Position numbers and translations under genes: made by a program | In this document: in pieces, positions 57,687 to 64,000 of the stretch | How the letters are laid out: each line of letters opens with the position of its first letter | Numbering within the stretch: the stretch's first letter is position 1 | NCBI GenBank assembly: GCA_964578155.1 | Contig: CAZOBQ010000002.1 | Span: forward strand, 54,872 to 118,871 | Direction: 5' to 3' | DNA: 64,000 nt | From: an uncultured Lentisphaeria bacterium | GTDB lineage: Bacteria > Fidelibacterota > UBA8477 > JABMPR01 | Notes under the pieces: model-generated | What the model was told of the DNA's origin: nothing | Databases searched by the model: none | The model's input: the letters and a program-made list of their open reading frames with translations, nothing else

Positions 57687-58457
57687 TTAACCAAGGTCAT
57701 TCAAGCCAAAGAATAGATTTGCATTATTTGTCGTAGTCTGGGTTACATCTTCAATTGAAACACCCCTTAGCTCAGCAATCTTCTCCGCGATGTGAGATAG
57801 GTATTTTGGTTCGTTGGGACGTTTTCCACGATGGGGAACAGGTGTTAGAAAGGGGCTGTCCGTTTCCAGCATAAGCCGATCCAGCGGCATCCTTGTAGCC
57901 ACGTCTTGTACAGGCAGGTTTTTCTTAAATGTAACCGTCCCCGTGAAAGAGATATGGTAACCTTTGTCTAAAAGTGGCTTAGCAATATCCCATCCGCTTG
58001 GCCAGCAGTGAAAGACCCCACGGGTATTTCCGTGTTCCAGAACCTGCTGCATAATATCTTGGTCAGCATCTCGGTTATGAATAACTGCAGGTTTTCCTGT
58101 TGCTAAAGCAAGGTCAAGATGGTCTCTAAAGAAAACCTTTTGCAGGTCTGCTGGTGAGTCATCCCAGTAGTAATCCAGGCCGGTCTCTCCAACTGCCACA
58201 ACATCAGGATGGTCAAGCATATCCAGGATATGTTTTTCCCAGTTATCTGGAGCTTTGGCACAGTCATTGGGATGAATACCCACAGCTGCATAAACCTGGG
58301 GATATTTTTCAGCCAACATGACTGCTTTTTCTGAGGTAGAAATATCAATTCCAATAACCACCATTTTGTCCACTCCTTGTTCTAGAGCAGAATCAATCAC
58401 TTCACCCGCTCTGTCTAGAAGAGGATCAATATTTAAATGGCAATGGGTATCAATCAT
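57687..58457 (-). CDS. tatD: TatD-family metal-dependent hydrolase
   Basis: MIDTHCHL, GETGLDYY, FHCW, ETDSPFL. Confidence 0.9.
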   Translation of the reverse strand: MIDTHCHLNIDPLLDRAGEVIDSALEQGVDKMVVIGIDISTSEKAVMLAEKYPQVYAAVGIHPNDCAKAPDNWEKHILDMLDHPDVVAVGETGLDYYWDDSPADLQKVFFRDHLDLALATGKPAVIHNRDADQDIMQQVLEHGNTRGVFHCWPSGWDIAKPLLDKGYHISFTGTVTFKKNLPVQDVATRMPLDRLMLETDSPFLTPVPHRGKRPNEPKYLSHIAEKIAELRGVSIEDVTQTTTNNANLFFGLNDLG

Positions 58458-58488
58458 GGGTTTTGATCTCGATTCAACGGTTGAGATG

Positions 58489-58569
58489 CTTCGACCTTTC
58501 GGCTTCGCTCAAGACAGGCTTGCTCAGCATGACGCATCATAAGCTTGTCTCCCTGAGCCTGTCGAAGGG
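58489..58569. repeat. Family-U repeat pair (long form plus short form)
   Basis: cttcgacctttcggcttcgctcaagacaggcttgctcagcatgacg (58489-58534) is near-identical to 1591-1636. tgtctccctgagcctgtcgaaggg occupies 58546-58569. Confidence 0.8.
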
Positions 58570-58593
58570 TCTAGAGACAAATTATTAAGTAAG

Positions 58594-60471
58594 TTATCGT
58601 ACTTTTGATCCGGCATCTACATCTTTCAGGGGGATAAGCGGGGAAACATTAGTGCCATCATCAGCCGCCAGGATCATTCCTTGAGAAACTTCTCCACGGA
58701 TTTTTGCTGGTTTTAAATTGGCAATAATTGAAACAGATTTTCCCACAAGATCATCAGGGGCATAATGTTCAGCAATCCCGGCAATCACTTGCCGTTGTTC
58801 AGCCCCAAGATCAACTTGAAGCTTTAATAATTTATCAGCATTGGGATGTTTTTCTGCCTTAATGATCTTGGCAACCCGAATATCCATCTTTCCAAAATCC
58901 TCAAAAGATATTTCTGGTTTTAGATCGAGTTTTTCAGTTTCCACCTCTACTGGCTCCTTGACTTCAATTCGGGGGAATAGACCATCGGTCTTTCCAAGTT
59001 TTGTACCGGGCTTATTGTGACCCCATTCAAACCAGTCTGGTTCATTTAGCCTTGCCTCAATAGAGGTTCCCATAACCTCAAGTAGGCTGGCAATCTTCTC
59101 CGGCATGACAGGGTAAAGATGAACAGCACTGAGTCTCAAGGCTTCAGCTGCATTGTAGAGGACCGCTCCACCACGAGCTTTGTCTGTTTTCATCAATTTC
59201 CAGGGAGCAGTGTCTTCCAGATAGCGATTGATTTCGCGAAGCACATCAAAAACATGAGTAATGGCGTAATTCACACGCATTTGGTCAAGTTCATCACTTA
59301 CTTTTTGAGGGAGTCCCAACACATGTTGATTGAGATCTGCATCTTCTGGAGCTGCTTCACCGGGATCAGGTAATTCATAGTCGAAATTCCTGCCGATGAG
59401 CTTGGTAATGCGATTCACCAGATTACCAAGGTCGTTTGCCAGATCTGAATTGTAGCGTGTAATAAAAGCATCCATGGTAAAATTAGCATCTTGTCCAGGA
59501 GTCATTTCCCGCATGAGAAAATATCTTAGAGCGTCTACGCCAAATTCATTTGCTAGGTCAAGAGGCCTAACCACATTCCCCAGTGATTTAGACATTTTGG
59601 TATCGCCCATTAACCACCAGCCGTGGGCGAAAATGGTTTTTGGCAAGGGAAGTTCTGCCGCCATCAACATGGTTGGCCAATACACAGCGTGAGTAGTGAG
59701 AATATCTTTACCAATGAGATGGGTGTCAACAGGCCACCATTTCTTAAACTCATCCTCTTTATCTGGATAACCAATGGCAGAGATATAGTTGGTCAAGGCA
59801 TCAAACCAAACGTAGGTGACATAGTCGCTGTCAAAAGGTAGCTCAATACCCCAGTTAAGACGAGCTTTGGGTCGCGAGATGCACAAATCACCTAATTTCT
59901 GTCGAAGAAAACCGAGCACTTCATTTTTGCGAAAGGCTGGTTGGATAAAATCAGGATTGTCGTGGATATAATTAATTAGATCTTCCTGATAGGCAGACAT
60001 TTTGAACCAGTAATTAGTCTCGGAGAGCTGTTTTACGTCCCTCCATTCACCTTCTTCATATTCTTTATCTGTGAGAAATCTTTCTTCGGCTACAGAATAC
60101 CAGCCTTCATAGGTGTCTTTGTAGATGAGACCTTTATCCCAGAGTTTTTGGAGTAGATGGCTAACTACGGATTTATGGTTTTCCTGAGTTGTGCGAATAA
60201 ACTGATCATAGTTAATATTTAAGGCGTCCCACTTCTCTTGAAAGCGAAGCACATATTCATCCACATGTTGTTGAGGGTCAACGTTTCTTTTCTCTGCTGC
60301 CTGTTGAACTTTTTGGCCATGTTCATCTGTGCCGGTTAGGAAATAAGTGTCATCGCCAAGAGCGCGGTGAAAACGGGCTAAAACATCAGCTAAGATCGTA
60401 GTATAGGCATGTCCAATATGTGGCTCATCATTAACATAATAAATAGGTGTGGTTACATAATAACGTGACAT
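58594..60471 (-). CDS. metG: Methionine--tRNA ligase with a C-terminal tRNA-binding domain
   Basis: The HIGH motif (EPHIGHAYT), KMSKS, and a C-terminal EMAP-like KHPNADKLLKLQVDLG. Confidence 0.96.
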   Translation of the reverse strand: MSRYYVTTPIYYVNDEPHIGHAYTTILADVLARFHRALGDDTYFLTGTDEHGQKVQQAAEKRNVDPQQHVDEYVLRFQEKWDALNINYDQFIRTTQENHKSVVSHLLQKLWDKGLIYKDTYEGWYSVAEERFLTDKEYEEGEWRDVKQLSETNYWFKMSAYQEDLINYIHDNPDFIQPAFRKNEVLGFLRQKLGDLCISRPKARLNWGIELPFDSDYVTYVWFDALTNYISAIGYPDKEDEFKKWWPVDTHLIGKDILTTHAVYWPTMLMAAELPLPKTIFAHGWWLMGDTKMSKSLGNVVRPLDLANEFGVDALRYFLMREMTPGQDANFTMDAFITRYNSDLANDLGNLVNRITKLIGRNFDYELPDPGEAAPEDADLNQHVLGLPQKVSDELDQMRVNYAITHVFDVLREINRYLEDTAPWKLMKTDKARGGAVLYNAAEALRLSAVHLYPVMPEKIASLLEVMGTSIEARLNEPDWFEWGHNKPGTKLGKTDGLFPRIEVKEPVEVETEKLDLKPEISFEDFGKMDIRVAKIIKAEKHPNADKLLKLQVDLGAEQRQVIAGIAEHYAPDDLVGKSVSIIANLKPAKIRGEVSQGMILAADDGTNVSPLIPLKDVDAGSKVR

Positions 60472-60478
60472 ATGTGGT

Positions 60479-61408
60479 TTAGTTCTTTCTCTCTTTATAA
60501 TCGGAGTCCATTTTCTTTAACGCTTTTTGGATAAGGTCCAGGTCATAGACCTCCGTTCCAGATTCTTCAAAGTAGACGGTACAGCGTCGATTCAAAATGT
60601 CATTGGAAACCAGTGTTCCCACACCATCTGCTGTTTCTACAGGAATTCCAGTCGAGGGAAAATCTTTTAGGGATTCATTATAAAAATCCCACTCAAAACG
60701 CAAACAACACTTCAGTTTTCCACAAGCACCACTGAGTTTACTAGGATTAATTGGAAGATTTTGATCCTTGGCATATTGGGTGGTGACAGGCTCAAACCCA
60801 TCCATAAAACGGGAGCAACACAGCTGTTGTCCGCAAGGGCCCTGTCCGTCTAGTCGGCGGGCATAATCTCTAACACCAATCTGGCGCATTTCAATACGTG
60901 TTCTAAAAACATAAGCCAGGTCTTTTACCAATTGGCGAAAATCTACCCGTTCCTCGGCAGTATAGAAGAAGGTCATTTTTCGTTTATCAAGCTGGTATTC
61001 AACATCAACCAGTTTCATGTTCAGTTTGTTTTTCTTAATTAGCTCCAGCCCCTTTTCAAAAGCTATGGGCTCATCCCGACGGTTGCTGTGATACAGGTTT
61101 ATCTCTTTTTCATTGGCTTTGCGGAGGAGTTTGCGAATAGACTCGCCGTTCTTACGATTGTTGAATTCTGGTTCTTTGCTGGGACAACGATTACAACCTT
61201 CAGTCTTATTACAGATAGGTGTAATAATGCCAATATCCTCGCCGAGCTCAGATTCAACAATAACGAACTCACCAGATTTAAGGATCAAATTTTCAGGATT
61301 GAGATAGGTTTCACGACGATTGCCCTTGAAACTCACCTTAAAGTAGCGTTGTTGCTTCGTTTCATGAGGCTCAACGCGATCAGTATTGTGCTGCATATAG
61401 TGTGTCAT
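60479..61408 (-). CDS. PSP1-domain protein (RicT/YaaT-like)
   Basis: PSP1 C-terminal-domain pattern with CGQQLCCSRF and CGKLKCCLRFE. It is adjacent to holB, as in many bacteria. Confidence 0.8.
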   Translation of the reverse strand: MTHYMQHNTDRVEPHETKQQRYFKVSFKGNRRETYLNPENLILKSGEFVIVESELGEDIGIITPICNKTEGCNRCPSKEPEFNNRKNGESIRKLLRKANEKEINLYHSNRRDEPIAFEKGLELIKKNKLNMKLVDVEYQLDKRKMTFFYTAEERVDFRQLVKDLAYVFRTRIEMRQIGVRDYARRLDGQGPCGQQLCCSRFMDGFEPVTTQYAKDQNLPINPSKLSGACGKLKCCLRFEWDFYNESLKDFPSTGIPVETADGVGTLVSNDILNRRCTVYFEESGTEVYDLDLIQKALKKMDSDYKERKN

Positions 61409-61465
61409 GGTTTTTATTTCCTGACCGAGAACAATTCAGTTAACGGTTCTTATATATATTCATAT

Positions 61466-62590
61466 TTACGGTTTTCCACGTAGATATTTTCGTAATTCGA
61501 AAAATAAGGCTGTAAGAGCTAGCTGCAAATGAACTTTACGCTCAAGAGCATCCTTTGTTTTTTCGATAGTTTGGATAGCACTTCGGCTATCACACTCGGG
61601 AAAAAGCTTGTTTATTTGCTGAACCTGGGCTGCCCATAAACTGGTTTCCACCTCTGTTGCACGAAGGGCCACGTCTCTGAAGAGGAGAATCAACAGGGAC
61701 AAGAATTGTTGTCTCGTGTCATCATTTTGCAGTTCTTTGTCATTCATAATTAAGACCTGTCGATGGATAGAAGCAAAATCATTAGCGGCCAAACTATTCA
61801 AGGTGGCTCGAATTCGGTCTAGCCAGAAGGTGTTATCTTGCTCGGCATAAATATGAGCTGTGGCCAGATCTCCCATAGACATTCTGGCACAGATTTCAGA
61901 CTGCATTGGATCACTCCCCTTCTTTTCAATAAGGGTGTCCTTGATCAGCTGCCAGCTCAAGTCAGGAACATGGTGAAGGGCGCAGCGTGAACGAACCGTA
62001 TCGGGTAACCTGTCTGGAAATTCTGTGGTAAGCAGAAAGACCGTGTTCGAGGGTGGTTCCTCCAGGATCTTTAATAGGGCGTTGGCTGCCTCAACATTCA
62101 TTTTATGTGCACGTAGAATAATAACAACGCGGGTGGTTCCAGGATCATTTGCCAGGTAAATGTTTTTCCGTAATTGACGAATTCCAGAGATGCGAATATC
62201 GTTGGCGCCTTCAATCTGGAGGTGATAGTAGGGCCACTTTACCTTTTTCGAAAGCTCGTTATTGATCTCTGTCATCTCTGCCTCCTTTATTCCGGCAAAG
62301 GGATCTGTTTGGCTTGCTGAACGGCGGGGCAGAGCAAAGATCAAATGTAGAGCAGGGTGTTCCAGATTCAGGAACTGTCGACAGGACTGGCAAACGCCAC
62401 AGGCTTTTCGTTTTCCTGTTTTGCAATTCAAACTTGCAGCCACGTAGAAGGCGAGTGCATCTTTTCCAACACCTGAGTGACCACTTAAAATATGGGCATG
62501 ACCAAACCGACCTGAATTGAGCAGGGTCTCCCAGCTCTGGATAGTGGCTTCCTGACCAACTATTTGAAAAGAGTTTAGCGCTTCAGCCAT
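61466..62590 (-). CDS. holB: DNA polymerase III delta' subunit
   Basis: HAHILSGHSGVGKDALA, the zinc module CGVCQSC, and the clamp-loader SRC motif TVRSRC. Confidence 0.85.
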   Translation of the reverse strand: MAEALNSFQIVGQEATIQSWETLLNSGRFGHAHILSGHSGVGKDALAFYVAASLNCKTGKRKACGVCQSCRQFLNLEHPALHLIFALPRRSASQTDPFAGIKEAEMTEINNELSKKVKWPYYHLQIEGANDIRISGIRQLRKNIYLANDPGTTRVVIILRAHKMNVEAANALLKILEEPPSNTVFLLTTEFPDRLPDTVRSRCALHHVPDLSWQLIKDTLIEKKGSDPMQSEICARMSMGDLATAHIYAEQDNTFWLDRIRATLNSLAANDFASIHRQVLIMNDKELQNDDTRQQFLSLLILLFRDVALRATEVETSLWAAQVQQINKLFPECDSRSAIQTIEKTKDALERKVHLQLALTALFFELRKYLRGKP

Positions 62591-63771
62591 TTTAAAGGAT
62601 CAACCTTATCTTTTCCACGCCAGACTTCAAAATGTAATCTTGCGCCATCCAGGCTCCCAATATCGCTGACTTGTGCTACGGTTTGACCACGGATTATATA
62701 GTCATCGAGATTAACCTGTATGTTATCGATATGCGCATAAACCGTATAGTAATCACCATGACCTACGATAATGGTATTCCCATATCCCGGTATCCAGGTG
62801 ATTGCCAAAACGATTCCATCCATCACCACATGGACATCCCTACCTTTTGGAGCAGCAATATCAATACCTGGGTTAGTTGTTACAGTGCCGAGTTTTTCAT
62901 GTTTATGAGGCCCAAAACGACTGACCAATTTACCCTGAACTGGCCAGAGGAGTTTACCTTTGTGTTTGGCAAATTCACCTTTCACTTGTTCCAGGGTTCT
63001 ACCGCTTTGCTGGGCAAGCTTTCTTAAAACTTCCTGCTTCTTTTTTTCCAGATCGTCAATTTTGCTTTTAACCTCTTTTGCGGCTGCCTCTTTAGATCTC
63101 TTCTGATTTTCCCAACTTTTTTTATTCTTCCTGACCTTCTTAAGGTGAGACTCTTTTTTTTGTTGCTGTGAAGCTTTCTTTAGGCTGGCCCGCTTTTGTT
63201 CATCAATATTTCGTTTCACTTCGCCCAGTGCACGAGCAAGGTTGTTTTGACTGCTTTTATTTTTTGATATCATGGAATGGAGTTCATTAAGGGTTTGGCG
63301 TTCAGCTTTATTGATAGCAGAAAGATACATGGACCTTCTTAAAGCCTGGTTAATATCCCCGGAAGTAAGTAGTAGATCAATATCCCGATTATGGCCAAGT
63401 TTGTAGGCTCGCACTACTCGTCTTGCTGCCCTCTCCTTCATGACACTGATCTTTTCATCTGTGGTCGAAATGGTTTCTTGTATTACCCCAATTTGTCGTT
63501 CTTTCAGCTTTCGTTCGATCTGAAGCCCGCGTTTCAATTCTGTTATCATGGACATTTGTTTATCAAGCTGTTGGATTTGCTTTATGGTAGCCTTCTCATC
63601 TTTTTGTGATCGACTGATCTTTGAATTTAGACGATCGATCTCCTTGCGAATTTCTTTTAGTTTCTTTGAATGAGAGTTTATGTCTTTATCCAATTTTTCC
63701 GTTTGAGCCAAAGCAAATAGCGGAATGAACAGAACAAGAATCAGTATGGAGAACAAATTTTTCATCAGCAT
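62575..63771 (-). CDS. EnvC-like murein hydrolase activator (coiled coil plus M23/LytM domain)
   Basis: Signal peptide from ATG 63771/63765 and a long coiled coil. The C-terminus is GIDIAAPKGRDVHVVMDGIV...GYGNTIIVGHGDYYTVYAHI. Confidence 0.8.
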   Translation of the reverse strand: MLMKNLFSILILVLFIPLFALAQTEKLDKDINSHSKKLKEIRKEIDRLNSKISRSQKDEKATIKQIQQLDKQMSMITELKRGLQIERKLKERQIGVIQETISTTDEKISVMKERAARRVVRAYKLGHNRDIDLLLTSGDINQALRRSMYLSAINKAERQTLNELHSMISKNKSSQNNLARALGEVKRNIDEQKRASLKKASQQQKKESHLKKVRKNKKSWENQKRSKEAAAKEVKSKIDDLEKKKQEVLRKLAQQSGRTLEQVKGEFAKHKGKLLWPVQGKLVSRFGPHKHEKLGTVTTNPGIDIAAPKGRDVHVVMDGIVLAITWIPGYGNTIIVGHGDYYTVYAHIDNIQVNLDDYIIRGQTVAQVSDIGSLDGARLHFEVWRGKDKVDPLKWLKR

Positions 63772-64000
63772 CCAAGTTAAGTAAAAACTAAAGAACACCA
63801 TACATCAAAAACATCCGATTCTGAATCGAGATCTTGTATAAATGAGTGCATTTCAAGTACTCGCTTCATAGTAAATGATTGTTTGCTTTTAGGTTTAAGT
63901 GTACAATATTCAGTGGTATAGTCAGGATAGTCCGATATGGATATGAAATTCTTTTAGCTGTGTTTGCTGGAAGAAGCCTGATAAGTAGAAAGCCACCTTA

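Overview
This is a 64-kb chromosomal window from a diderm bacterium. It looks moderately AT-rich by eye. The LptD type and the repeat families suggest an FCB-group-like lineage, but that is inference only. About 60 protein genes are supported. I found no rRNA, tRNA, CRISPR array, transposase or integrase.

Gene content in order:
- The 3' edge of a bacterial microcompartment locus: a truncated BMC shell gene plus two EutN/CcmL vertex genes.
- An RNA methyltransferase, a CPBP protease, a His-rich metal transporter, sdaA, and a LemA/TPM pair.
- A complete rnfCDGEAB-rseC operon.
- DUF4139 and SGNH hydrolase genes.
- A highly fused trp operon: trpE(G), trpD-C-F, trpB, trpA.
- An MBL hydrolase, rsgA, rarA, a giant lptD, and upp.
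- An 8-gene minus-strand operon encoding a FliF-like protein, a FliG-like protein, MotA, MotB, three coiled-coil/TPR proteins and a lipoprotein.
- NUDIX, a methyltransferase, ssb, divIVA, yggS, and gyrA-gyrB-DUF721-recF-dnaN.
- A trx-like gene with trxB, priA, an HEXXH protein, rsmA, tatD, metG, a PSP1/RicT gene, holB, and an EnvC-like M23 activator.

Most notable observations:
1. The rotor/stator-like operon has no flagellar export, rod, hook or filament genes anywhere in the window.
2. Three small GIY-YIG nuclease paralogs lie within 13 kb. Each is embedded in copies of a dispersed hairpin-forming repeat family. Two of them bracket the rnf operon in inverted orientation.
3. The trp operon packs seven catalytic domains into four genes. 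It has a GTACTAGTAC palindrome in its putative promoter and a repeat unit inserted between trpB and trpA.

All functional calls rest on reading motifs in the supplied translations. No database search was run.
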